A stretch of 64,000 bases of DNA from an archaeon (GTDB lineage Archaea > EX4484-52 > WAPT01), in NCBI GenBank assembly GCA_029258795.1, contig JAPDKB010000007.1, positions 64,001-128,000 of the forward strand, in the 5' to 3' direction. The first letter of the stretch is position 1; each line of letters starts with the position of its first letter. Both the position numbers and the translations under genes were made by a program. Below are positions 39,576 to 48,986 of this stretch, piece after piece. The notes beneath the pieces were generated by a model. The model saw nothing but the letters and a program-made list of their open reading frames with translations. It had not been told where the DNA came from and did no database searches.

Positions 39576-40678
39576 AAGAAAATATCTATCCTATAGGTTT
39601 TTGGAATAAGGAAGAGTTAATAGATATAATTAAATCTAATTTGCCAGAGGACATATGTGTGAAAACGATTGATTCAAAGTCTTTTCAAGAATTTCTTATA
39701 TTGTCCGATGATCATGGAAAGATAATTCTTAATTATGATAAGAGTGGACACTTTATTTTAAACTTGACACAATGTAAAGAACCTGAAAAAATACAACAAT
39801 CGCTAGAAAAGGCACTCAATTTAGACTACACTCTTCCAGGAAAATACAGAACTAAAACGTGGAAGTTAACTTCTCCTAATTTATCTCGAGAACTTTTGGA
39901 GATTTTAATAGATAACTTTCCTAACCAGGTCAAAAAAATAAAACACACCCCAGACATGTATTTTCAGTGCAAACTTATCGGCAAAAATACACTAACTCAT
40001 ATGAAAAATGGTGATCTCCACTTAAGAGTCGAGCACCGGAATAAAGCAATTGATGAAATTTATGAGATAATTGAATCATTTTTAAAAGATAAAATATCAC
40101 AGAATATGCGAAAATTAAAAGAAATTGATGTAGGCAAAGAAAGCTACGAAGATTTTATCAAAAATCATATTTCTATAGACATTGTTCAGTATATTGATAA
40201 AGATGTTTACAATTATCTTTCAGGAAGAGACGTTTGGGAAATATCGGATGGATTAAGAATTTTTCATATGATAAAAATCGGAAATATCCCATTAAAAAAT
40301 TATAAATGCTTAGTAAGAAATTTTTCTATTGCATTTGAAGGGTTTTTAATTAAATACTTTCTTGAAATAGGTTTCATTGATAAGGAAGAGTATGAGCAAG
40401 ATCCAACCACGGCTAGGATATTTAGCTGTATTAATCGATTGAGAAAGGAGTATGGAGAAATAATTAATCGACGTGAAAAAGGTCTGACAGGAACACTTTC
40501 TGGATTATGGGTAGAGTGTAGGAATAATTATTTGCATTCTGATATGTACAGTTTTTCACACCTATACACAATAAAGGAAGCAGAGTCAAAAATTATTGAG
40601 ATCTTACTCACAATGAAAAGATTGCTCAATGTGTTGCCTCTAATAAGAAACAATAATACAAATGGAGATGAGTCATGA
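39572..40678 (+). CDS. RnlA/LsoA-like HEPN RNase toxin
   Basis: HEPN motif RNNYLH; NYKCLVRNFSIAFEGFL resembles the RnlA DYxxLxxxxxxxxEGxL helix; N-terminal TLTHMKNGDLHL repeat-domain-like segment. Confidence 0.65.
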   Translation: MKENIYPIGFWNKEELIDIIKSNLPEDICVKTIDSKSFQEFLILSDDHGKIILNYDKSGHFILNLTQCKEPEKIQQSLEKALNLDYTLPGKYRTKTWKLTSPNLSRELLEILIDNFPNQVKKIKHTPDMYFQCKLIGKNTLTHMKNGDLHLRVEHRNKAIDEIYEIIESFLKDKISQNMRKLKEIDVGKESYEDFIKNHISIDIVQYIDKDVYNYLSGRDVWEISDGLRIFHMIKIGNIPLKNYKCLVRNFSIAFEGFLIKYFLEIGFIDKEEYEQDPTTARIFSCINRLRKEYGEIINRREKGLTGTLSGLWVECRNNYLHSDMYSFSHLYTIKEAESKIIEILLTMKRLLNVLPLIRNNNTNGDES

Positions 40679-40689
40679 AAATTAACATC

Positions 40690-40753
40690 GGCGGATCCGT
40701 ACCGGCGCGAATGTGCACCATCCGGTGCACGGCCGAGTACGGACTTACCCGCC
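40690..40753 (-). ncRNA. Candidate small structured RNA (64-nt GC-rich hairpin)
   Basis: Nested stems GGCGG/CCGCC, TCCGTAC/GTACGGA, CGGC/GCCG, GTGCACC/GGTGCAC within AT-rich DNA; minus-strand promoter upstream and short T-run downstream. Confidence 0.55.
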
Positions 40754-40775
40754 TAAAAGATAATTATGAGTCGGA

Positions 40776-40791
40776 TTATATAAAACTTTCG
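40776..40791 (-). promoter_or_regulatory. BRE/TATA promoter pointing into the hairpin
   Basis: Reverse strand CGAAAG-TTTTATATAA; the TATA box lies 24-31 nt upstream of the first G of the hairpin (40753). Confidence 0.55.
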
Positions 40792-40896
40792 ATTTAGAAA
40801 TTCGCGGAAAAATCGGAAAGAACTGGAAAGATATTGATAAGTGATAAAAGTAGATAGAAAAGATGATTAACTTACTGAAATAGTGAGTGTGGTCCT

Positions 40897-42360
40897 ATGA
40901 CATCTTACAAGGAAATTGAGGGATGGTTTGTGGATCTCATAGAAACATTTAGACGGGAGTATGAGAAACTCAGCGATTCAGAAAAATCGCAACTTTTGAA
41001 CAGTTTTGATTATACTTTTCCCTGTCAAATCGAGGTCTTTTGGATGAATGACCCAATAGAATATCAAGTTATAGTTGTAACCCACGATGAAGATAGGAGT
41101 GATATGGAAATAATAATTCATGGTCCTTTTAAAGCTCATGAGTTTTTAGAAAAAATAGAAAAAATCATGGAAGAGTCCCGATGGCAAAAAGTTGCATATA
41201 CGCGTCACCCTCATAAAGAAGTAGTAAAATATTCCGATCTCTTTATCTCAATACTCAGCAATCTATTTAGGATAATCAAAAATTCTATTTTTTCGAAAGT
41301 TAGTAAAGGGTATATCGGAGGAGTAGCTCTAGGAGCTAGAGAATGGTGTTGGTATGTTTCGGGTAATGTTATAGAACTTGATCCCTACGAGTTAGTAAAG
41401 AATTCAATTGACGAAATGAAGTACAGAGTAAAAAATAAAACTTCTCAGGGAGAAGAAACAATCCAATTATCTCGTATTTCTGAAAATAGATTGAAAGGTT
41501 ATGGGACATACTTCTATCCTATGGTCTGGATAGGAAAAATACCTGAACCGACATTTAAAGAAAAGGTCACTGGAGAGTACAATTTATCTTCAAGTAAAGT
41601 TTTCGACACAAAATTTAATACTTTCAAACTTATCGTAAATTCAGACGGATTTATAGGAATAGTCACTGAAGACAGAACAGAAGCCATTAGGATTTTAAAC
41701 CTGATCTTCGGTGTGGCGTTAGTATTAGGCCATACTTGCTTTGCTGTAAGGGAGTCTGAAATAGCTGAAATAGAAGTCGATCCTCAATCATTAGAAATCT
41801 GCTCAATTTCAATGCCATATTTATCCCTAAAAACTCTATTTATAGATCATTTGAGACCAAAGATTACGTATTTCGGGATGAAAGAAATTTCTGAAAGTGA
41901 CATTAGAGAAATCATAAAAATAGCTGAAAAAATAAATAAAAATCCATACTTGTCAGAACTCTTAATTTTTCTACTTGAAGGAAGTACCCACTATGTAAAT
42001 GCAGAATATTCGCAATCCTTCATTATGAATTGGGTCATAATTGAAAGATACATCGATAAATTGTGGAGAGAATTTTTAGATGAAAAACAAATGTCTAATA
42101 GGCGAAAAGATAAACTTACTAATCCTGCTTTATGGAACATAGATTCTATACTCGAAGTGTTAAATTTAAGTGGGAAACTTGATGATGAGGGTTATGAATT
42201 GTTACGTGATCTAAAAAATAAGAGAAATAATTTCGTCCATAGAGGGCGACTTATTGATAAAGAAAGCGCGAAAGAGTTGCTAAATTTTAGTTATGTGATT
42301 GTCAAGAACGAATTATTCGATTTCTTGAATCTTGAAAATAAGCAAGAGGTGAGGGAATGA
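40897..42360 (+). CDS. ApeA-like HEPN domain protein
   Basis: C-terminal helical domain SFIMNWVIIE...LKNKRNNFVH (RxxxxH). Confidence 0.65.
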   Translation: MTSYKEIEGWFVDLIETFRREYEKLSDSEKSQLLNSFDYTFPCQIEVFWMNDPIEYQVIVVTHDEDRSDMEIIIHGPFKAHEFLEKIEKIMEESRWQKVAYTRHPHKEVVKYSDLFISILSNLFRIIKNSIFSKVSKGYIGGVALGAREWCWYVSGNVIELDPYELVKNSIDEMKYRVKNKTSQGEETIQLSRISENRLKGYGTYFYPMVWIGKIPEPTFKEKVTGEYNLSSSKVFDTKFNTFKLIVNSDGFIGIVTEDRTEAIRILNLIFGVALVLGHTCFAVRESEIAEIEVDPQSLEICSISMPYLSLKTLFIDHLRPKITYFGMKEISESDIREIIKIAEKINKNPYLSELLIFLLEGSTHYVNAEYSQSFIMNWVIIERYIDKLWREFLDEKQMSNRRKDKLTNPALWNIDSILEVLNLSGKLDDEGYELLRDLKNKRNNFVHRGRLIDKESAKELLNFSYVIVKNELFDFLNLENKQEVRE

Positions 42361-42677
42361 ACGAAAAAATGGTCATAAGTATACTCGTAACCGGACTAAT
42401 AGGAGGTCTCTTTTTTGGAATTAGCTTAAAAACTGGGGAAAGTGTCAATCCAGAATCGATAATGATAAAAATGGGTAAATTGATTTGTGAAGAAATTGAT
42501 AATCCCGAACTTTCTTCCACATGTAAGTTCAATATCCAAATCGTATCACTTATAGCAGGGATTTCAGGAATTATTGAAACCTTTTCGGTTGCTAAAAAAG
42601 CCGGTGATATTAGAATTGGTCTAATGTTATTGTTTGTAGGATTTATGTTTGGATTACTGATTTCATTGGTGAGTTAA
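42357..42677 (+). CDS. Small membrane protein (about 3 TM)
   Basis: Three hydrophobic segments and a Cys pair in the loop; ATGA overlap with the upstream HEPN gene. Confidence 0.6.
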   Translation: MNEKMVISILVTGLIGGLFFGISLKTGESVNPESIMIKMGKLICEEIDNPELSSTCKFNIQIVSLIAGISGIIETFSVAKKAGDIRIGLMLLFVGFMFGLLISLVS

Positions 42678-43931
42678 ATGGAAAAGACCTTTGTCGGACA
42701 AATTCCGAAAGATTGGGAAATTGTAAGAGCTGGTCACATCTTTGATATTTACGGCGGCACAACACCATCAACTAATAATAAAGAATATTGGAACGGTGAC
42801 ATATTATGGGTAACTCCTACAGATGTAACTAAATTAAACAATACTCCCTATTTAGATGATACCGAAAAGAAGATAACAGAAAAAGCTGTAAGAGAGTGTT
42901 CATTAAAAATTTTACAACCTGGAACGCTTTTATTGACTTCTAGAGCTACAATCGGATTTACTGCAATAAACAAAAAGCCAGTTACAATCAACCAAGGGAT
43001 AACCGCACTTATTCCAAAGAAAAAAGATATGGTCGATGTTTTATTTTATAATTATTATTTTAGATTGCTAAGAACCTATCTTCAACAACTCGGAGCAGGA
43101 AGCACATTTAAAGAAATTTCTAGATCGATAATTAAGAAGCTCAAAATCCCACTCCCACCCCTCCCCGAACAAAAAAAGATAGCCGAAATTTTAAGTACAG
43201 TAGATAAAGCAATCCAGAAAGTCGATGAAGCGATAGCGAAGACTGAAAGGCTGAAGAAGGGTTTGATGCAGGAGCTTTTGACGAAAGGCATAGGGCACAA
43301 GGAGTTTAAGAATACGGAGATTGGCAGGATTCCGAAGGAGTGGAAAATAGTAAAGTTGGAGGATGTAGCCAAAGTGTTTGATTGCAAACATCGGACGCCC
43401 ACGTACTATTCTGAAGGCTTTCCGGTTTTACTTCCGAGAAATGTTCAAGAGGGACGCATATCTTTAGAGGATGCTCCGAGAACAAGTTACGAAGAATATC
43501 TCGATCTCACAGAAAAATACAAACCTGCAAGAGGCGATATTATTTATACGAGAAACGCTAAAGTAGGAGTTGCAGGAATGGTGATGACTAATGAAGAATT
43601 TGCACTAGGACAAGATTTAGTAGGCATAAGACCTCTCAAAAAAGTCGAGTCCAATTATTTGTTATATGTGTTGAATTCTAGTATAATCAGGAGATATTTG
43701 ATAAAAGCCCAAACAGGTTCTACCTTTAAAAGGATAAATCTAAGTTTAATTAGAAAATTAAAAATTCCACTCCCATCACTCGAAGAACAACACAAGATCG
43801 CCGAAATTCTCTCAACAGTTGATAGAAAGCTCGAACTCGAAAGGAAAAGAAAGGAGAAGCTTGAAAGGATTAAGAAGGGTTTGATGAATGATTTGTTGAC
43901 GGGGAGGAAGAGGGTGAGAGTAGAATGTTAG
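42678..43931 (+). CDS. hsdS: Type I R-M specificity subunit
   Basis: Two TRDs with conserved G.IPK.W and KIPLP.L.EQ.KIAEILSTVD...KKGLM..LLT repeats. Confidence 0.95.
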   Translation: MEKTFVGQIPKDWEIVRAGHIFDIYGGTTPSTNNKEYWNGDILWVTPTDVTKLNNTPYLDDTEKKITEKAVRECSLKILQPGTLLLTSRATIGFTAINKKPVTINQGITALIPKKKDMVDVLFYNYYFRLLRTYLQQLGAGSTFKEISRSIIKKLKIPLPPLPEQKKIAEILSTVDKAIQKVDEAIAKTERLKKGLMQELLTKGIGHKEFKNTEIGRIPKEWKIVKLEDVAKVFDCKHRTPTYYSEGFPVLLPRNVQEGRISLEDAPRTSYEEYLDLTEKYKPARGDIIYTRNAKVGVAGMVMTNEEFALGQDLVGIRPLKKVESNYLLYVLNSSIIRRYLIKAQTGSTFKRINLSLIRKLKIPLPSLEEQHKIAEILSTVDRKLELERKRKEKLERIKKGLMNDLLTGRKRVRVEC

Positions 43932-44893
43932 CAGATAGTTTAATTGTTAAGGGAAAAGTTTTCGTTAATCTACCCTTCAGAGAGTATAGAAAATTAAAAG
44001 ATGCTATAATAGAATTTATGAAAGCTGAAGGCTATGATTTTATTTCGCCTTTTTCTCTTTTTCATGAATTCTTATCTTTAACATTCACATTACGGTTCCC
44101 CAATGAAGTTCCAATTTCCTTACGAATCAAAAAGTTTCTTAACATTATCGACCATACCAAGTTTCGCGAAAAGGTGTATTTTTACTATCTCTTACGTGTA
44201 AGAAACGACGTACCTTTTGAATTGACTATTCTCCTCTATCCTGGAAAAATGAAAAGGAAAGATGGTATCATACTTGAAATAACAGCCAAACCCACCATTT
44301 ATTTCAAACTTACACAACTCCACACAAAAACAAAATTAATTAGTGAAGAGGACTATAGTTTCATAATATTTGAAAATAAAGAATTTATAAAGAAAATAGC
44401 CAGATCTATTGGTGGGTACATAGTAGAAGAGCCAAAACCGTTGTTAGAATATGTAAAAAGTGAAGTCTCTGAAAAATTAAGAAAATTTGAATTTGATAGG
44501 TTAGCTAAAATATTAGAAGAGAGCAAAGCAAAAATAGAAACTGGTAAAATCAAAGAAGGTATGGACGATTTGCGAGGGTTCATTGAAAACTTTTTCTTTG
44601 AGCTTGTTTCTAGAACTGGAGAAAAACCAAAATCGAGAGATCAACCTGAGAAAAATCTAGAAATTTTAGAAAAAGTAGGATACATAAGTGGAGAAATAAA
44701 AGGATTAATTTATTCTTCACTTATCAATGGAGTATATAGAAAAATCTTATCTGAAAAACATCATAAAAGAGAATCCTCTGATCTATTCACAGCAAGATTA
44801 TGTGTTAAGATAGTAGAAAACGTCGTTGATATTCTATTAGAGTTGGTTTATCATTATAAAATCAAGATACGAAATAATGAGGGTGTCCCCTAA
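43925..44893 (+). CDS. Hypothetical defence-associated protein with a possible HEPN/Abi-like helical C-terminus
   Basis: Inserted between hsdS and hsdR; GMDDLRGFIE...ILSEKHH...ARLCVKIVEN helical pattern. Confidence 0.5.
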   Translation: MLADSLIVKGKVFVNLPFREYRKLKDAIIEFMKAEGYDFISPFSLFHEFLSLTFTLRFPNEVPISLRIKKFLNIIDHTKFREKVYFYYLLRVRNDVPFELTILLYPGKMKRKDGIILEITAKPTIYFKLTQLHTKTKLISEEDYSFIIFENKEFIKKIARSIGGYIVEEPKPLLEYVKSEVSEKLRKFEFDRLAKILEESKAKIETGKIKEGMDDLRGFIENFFFELVSRTGEKPKSRDQPEKNLEILEKVGYISGEIKGLIYSSLINGVYRKILSEKHHKRESSDLFTARLCVKIVENVVDILLELVYHYKIKIRNNEGVP

Positions 44894-47800
44894 TGTCCCT
44901 TGAAAAAGCTTATCTTGATGAGTTTTGTAAAAAGCTGGAAGAGATTGGGTGGAAAGAGTTAAAGCCTCAAAGCTTGGATAATCATTTAATCAAAGAAATT
45001 TTTGAGAAGAAGGTGGAGGAGCTGAATAAGGACGTTCTTGATGCTTATGCGGAGCAGAAAGATAAGATCATGAATCAGGTTTATTTGACTATCCAGAATG
45101 CTGATGAAGTGAAGATGCTTGATATTTTGAGGTTTGGTGCTGACATCGTGATCAAAAAATGGAATTCTTTGATTCCTTTGAATATAAAGCTGATTGATTA
45201 TGAAAATGTCCGAAGAAATAAGTTCAATTACATAAGAGAGCAGGAAATAAAGCATGGGAATAATGTTGACAGGCCTGACATTCTGCTTTTTGTTAACGGA
45301 ATTCCTCTTGTTTTGATAGAGGGTAAAAGTCCGATCATGCAGAGTTTCGGCGAGCCGTATTATGAAGGACTAAAGCAAATAATGAGGTATCAAAAGGAAA
45401 TAAGATCCCTCTTCAAATTCGTTCAGTTTGGTGTAGTTGCAGCAGATAGAAATCCTTACATCCCCACGTTCCCGAGAGAAGAAATAAAATCTCCTGCCGG
45501 CTACGGATTCTGGAAAGTAAATAGAAAGGAGAGCATCTTTGATCTGTTAAAACCTGACAGATTGCTTGATGTTATAAGACACTTCATATTTTTCACGAGA
45601 GACAAGAAGGGAGAGAGAACAAAGATCATAGCAAGATACATGCAGTATTTTGCCACAAAACGAGCAATGGAAAGGATCAGCAAATATTTGGAAAACAAGG
45701 ATAACAAAAATCAGGGTTTGATATGGCATTGGCAGGGATCGGGTAAAACATACACAATGTTCTTCATTGCTTACCAGTTCCTTCTCAGGTATAACAAAAG
45801 GAATCCACTTGTGTTTTTTGTTATTGACAGAATAGAGCTGGAGAAACAGCTGGAGGATGTGTTTAAGTCAATAGAACACAAAAGAGTTGGAGATGTTAAA
45901 AGAATAGAAAAGATAGAAGAACTGAAAGAAGTCATAAAAAATGCAGATAGAGAATGGGGACTTAAAATAACCACGATACAAAAATTCCAGCCTAGGGAAC
46001 TAGACATAAAAGAAAAGGTTGAGAAGAAAGAAGTCCTCTTTCTGATAGATGAAGCTCATAGAAGTCAATATGGAGATTTAGCAGCCACAATGAGAAAAAT
46101 ATTTAGCAAAGCCATCTTCATTGGATTTACCGGCACGCCAGTATTCGTAAACGAAAGAAACACATTCAAGCACTTTGCTTACCCTCCTGACGAAATATAT
46201 CTTGATGTTTATTTCATTCAGCAGTCTCAGGAAGATGGCTTTACTTTACCTATAATTTTCAGAGTGATCGAGGAGAAAAAAGAGAAAATAGGGGGAATAG
46301 ACATACTGCTAAGCGAGGATGATATAAGGGCGATATTAGAAGCTTACAAAGAGGATGAAATGGAAGTTGACAGCATCTTAGAAGGTGAGATAGCAAGGAA
46401 GTTAAAGAAGCAACTAAGGAGCAAAATTAGGAAGACAAGAATAATTCTAGAGAACGAAAAAAGAATTGAGAAGGTGGTGGAATACATAAAGGAGAATATA
46501 AGGGAAGACACGGAAAACTTTACTTTCAAGGCAATGATAGTAGCGGCAAATAGGACAGCTTGTGTAAGGTACAAGAAAATAATGGATAAGCACTTCCCAG
46601 AAGAATTTAGTGAAGTTGTGATGTCATACCAACAAAATGAAAAAGAAGAAATCCACACGTTTAAGGAGAAATTCCTTAAGAGATACAACACAAGGGACTG
46701 GAATGAAGCTAACGAAAAGGTAAGAGAAAACTTCCTTAAGAAGGAGTATCCAAAAGTTCTTATCGTTACTGACATGCTGCTAACTGGATTTGATGCTCCC
46801 ATTCTCAAAGTGATGTATTTGGATAAGCCGATATTTTATCACAGATTATTACAAGCAACAGCAAGGGTTAATAGGCCTTATCCTGAACTGAATAAAAAAC
46901 ACGGGTTAATTGTGGATAGTGTCGGATTGCTGGCCCACATACAAAGAACCCTGAATATCTACCAATATCTAGCGGAAGAGAATTCAGAAAAAATAAGGGA
47001 GGATTTGAAAAATGCATTTAAAGATAGTGAGAAAGAGCTGGAAATTTTAAAACAAAAAATAGATTACCTGAAAACCAAACTAAAGGATTATGGTATCGAT
47101 CTGGAGATGATAGCTAAATGTCTAAAGAACAACGATCTAAGCTTTTATGAGGATCTTAAGGAAAAAATAAGCGGTCCTAATGGTATGGCGATGTATTTCA
47201 CAGAAAAAGAAGATGTTAGAAAAATGATGAGATTCGTCAAGGAAGCCTTGGAAATATACAAATCGCTTGGTGCTTATCCTAAAAAGCTGGATTATAAGTG
47301 GGAAAAAGATGCTCTTTTTGTAATCTATAATATGTTTTTGAAAACAGTCAACAAAGGAAGGAAAAAGGTTGTTGGCGAGGTGTGGGATAAATTAATTGAA
47401 CAAATTCACAGGTCAACTGTAGTAGAAGAGCTCATAGATAAGGTGGAGAAGGAAGTAAAAGCTGTAAAGCCTATAAAACCCCAAATCAAAGAGGCTGCTG
47501 TAACGTTCTATGAGATTAGGAACGTTGTTATGGATAGACTTCACAACCCTCTCTACAGAGAGATTTACGAGAGGTTAGAAAGATTACGAAAAATGTGGCT
47601 TGAAAGAAACATCGGCGTTGAGGAGTTCATAAAGGAGCTTGAAAAAGAGCGGGAGGAGGTAGAGAAACTTGAAAAGTTAGAACAAAAACCAGGTTGGGAA
47701 AAAATCTACAAAATGACCTCCGAATATTTACAGAAAAATCTTGGTGAAAGATTGGAAATTCCAGAATTGAAAAATAAGTTGAAGGATATCTTCGAGAGAA

Positions 47801-47946
47801 ATAGATTTTTAGAGGTGGATGAAAAGGAAATCAGACTGATTGTTGCGAAAGCTTTATTGAGACATAAGATGGATCCTAAAAAACGTTATGAATTAGAAAC
47901 AAAGATCGTAGAAATGATAATAGACGAAGTTAGGAGATCGCTATGA
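44893..47946 (+). CDS. hsdR: Type I R-M restriction subunit
   Basis: RPDILLFVNGIPLVLIEGK nuclease motif, WQGSGKT, DEAH, GFTGTP, LLTGFDAP, QATARVNR. Confidence 0.96.
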   Translation: MSLEKAYLDEFCKKLEEIGWKELKPQSLDNHLIKEIFEKKVEELNKDVLDAYAEQKDKIMNQVYLTIQNADEVKMLDILRFGADIVIKKWNSLIPLNIKLIDYENVRRNKFNYIREQEIKHGNNVDRPDILLFVNGIPLVLIEGKSPIMQSFGEPYYEGLKQIMRYQKEIRSLFKFVQFGVVAADRNPYIPTFPREEIKSPAGYGFWKVNRKESIFDLLKPDRLLDVIRHFIFFTRDKKGERTKIIARYMQYFATKRAMERISKYLENKDNKNQGLIWHWQGSGKTYTMFFIAYQFLLRYNKRNPLVFFVIDRIELEKQLEDVFKSIEHKRVGDVKRIEKIEELKEVIKNADREWGLKITTIQKFQPRELDIKEKVEKKEVLFLIDEAHRSQYGDLAATMRKIFSKAIFIGFTGTPVFVNERNTFKHFAYPPDEIYLDVYFIQQSQEDGFTLPIIFRVIEEKKEKIGGIDILLSEDDIRAILEAYKEDEMEVDSILEGEIARKLKKQLRSKIRKTRIILENEKRIEKVVEYIKENIREDTENFTFKAMIVAANRTACVRYKKIMDKHFPEEFSEVVMSYQQNEKEEIHTFKEKFLKRYNTRDWNEANEKVRENFLKKEYPKVLIVTDMLLTGFDAPILKVMYLDKPIFYHRLLQATARVNRPYPELNKKHGLIVDSVGLLAHIQRTLNIYQYLAEENSEKIREDLKNAFKDSEKELEILKQKIDYLKTKLKDYGIDLEMIAKCLKNNDLSFYEDLKEKISGPNGMAMYFTEKEDVRKMMRFVKEALEIYKSLGAYPKKLDYKWEKDALFVIYNMFLKTVNKGRKKVVGEVWDKLIEQIHRSTVVEELIDKVEKEVKAVKPIKPQIKEAAVTFYEIRNVVMDRLHNPLYREIYERLERLRKMWLERNIGVEEFIKELEKEREEVEKLEKLEQKPGWEKIYKMTSEYLQKNLGERLEIPELKNKLKDIFERNRFLEVDEKEIRLIVAKALLRHKMDPKKRYELETKIVEMIIDEVRRSL

Positions 47947-48227
47947 GGAACCTGAAAGATTTAGTCGAGGAAATTAAAAAGGAACTTGGAATTGAAGAAA
48001 AAGTAAAGATCGAACTTAAGAATTATAAGCGGTTGATAGCCTCTACGTCCCTTGAGAAAAACATTATAAGAATAAACAGAAAGATATTGGACAAAGATTT
48101 CGTGGAGAAAAAGCTAGGATATGAAAATCATGAAGAATTCGTGATGAAAGTGCTGAAACACGAACTAATGCACATAAAACTAAAAACACGATGGCACGTT
48201 CCGCAATATTTTGAAAAATTGATGTAA
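47943..48227 (+). CDS. Minimal zinc metallopeptidase (YgjP/SprT-like)
   Basis: IRIN...VLKHELMH...WH; usual neighbour downstream of hsdR. Confidence 0.7.
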   Translation: MRNLKDLVEEIKKELGIEEKVKIELKNYKRLIASTSLEKNIIRINRKILDKDFVEKKLGYENHEEFVMKVLKHELMHIKLKTRWHVPQYFEKLM

Positions 48228-48277
48228 CGGCAGATTCTTTGGCGAGGAACTCTTTGTGTCCGCCATTTATAAATGTT

Positions 48278-48355
48278 TTTCCACTTGGGCAAAAACTGCT
48301 TGCAATTTGTTTCCACTTGGAAAAGAACTGCAGGTAGTTTTTGACCAGATGGAAA
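48278..48355. repeat. Three copies of a 22-bp motif (two direct, one inverted)
   Basis: TTTCCACTTGGGCAAAAACTGC (48278), TTTCCACTTGGAAAAGAACTGC (48310), reverse-strand TTTCCATCTGGTCAAAAACTAC (48334-48355). Confidence 0.7.
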
Positions 48356-48452
48356 GAAATATTAGATCCTGCTGAACGTAACATCCCGTGCGGAATTAAT
48401 ATCAAAAACAAAACGTTAGATTTAAATAACAATTGTTACAAAAATCTAACAT

Positions 48453-48986
48453 ATGTTAGAAAAATGTGACGAGTTTAAATTGATGGAGTTGTTCTTCAGG
48501 AAGCCACTGTACAGATATCACTTTCGTGAGTTATGCAGGTTGCTGGGCTGGAGCCCCTCCAAGCTCAGGAGCAAAATAAACATCTTGAAAAGGATGGGTC
48601 TCGTGAAAGAAATGAAAGAAAAAAACATGAAAATATTCATTGCCAACACGGAAAATGAAAACTACAGGAGATACAAAATCGTTTACAATCTTCTAAATGC
48701 TTACAAAATTGCGGATTATCTCGAAAAAAACCTGGAATACTTCGATGTCATTATCCTTTTTGGCTCAGCGGCTGATGGAGAGGATACTGAAACCAGCGAT
48801 TTCGATATATGCATTATGGGCAGTAAAGAAACACCTCTAAATCTCGAAACCCTCGAAAAAAAGCTCGGAAGAAAGATCTCGTTGCTTTTCATTGAAAACA
48901 TAAATATGTTGCAGAAAAGAAACCCCGAACTTTTAAACAATATTCTGAACGGCTTTGTTATTAAGGGTTATCTGAAGGTGTTCTGA
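48453..48986 (+). CDS. wHTH plus minimal nucleotidyltransferase (MNT antitoxin-like)
   Basis: YHFRELCRLLG wHTH; ILFGSAADGEDTETSDFDI. Confidence 0.88.
   Translation: MLEKCDEFKLMELFFRKPLYRYHFRELCRLLGWSPSKLRSKINILKRMGLVKEMKEKNMKIFIANTENENYRRYKIVYNLLNAYKIADYLEKNLEYFDVIILFGSAADGEDTETSDFDICIMGSKETPLNLETLEKKLGRKISLLFIENINMLQKRNPELLNNILNGFVIKGYLKVF

Noticed and set aside
40690-40753. SECIS, SRP, tRNA half or H/ACA identity for the hairpin
   Set aside because: It lacks the archaeal SECIS GAA/A loop with a short apical stem, the SRP helix-8 motif, tRNA arms and a K-turn/ACA tail.
48222-48280. attC-like site after the mini peptidase (TAAC...TGGCG/CGCCA...GTT)
   Set aside because: Arm pairing is poor and the right end GTTTTTC does not complement the left end.
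48278-48355. Possible mini-CRISPR
   Set aside because: Spacers are only 2-10 bp, and one copy is inverted.
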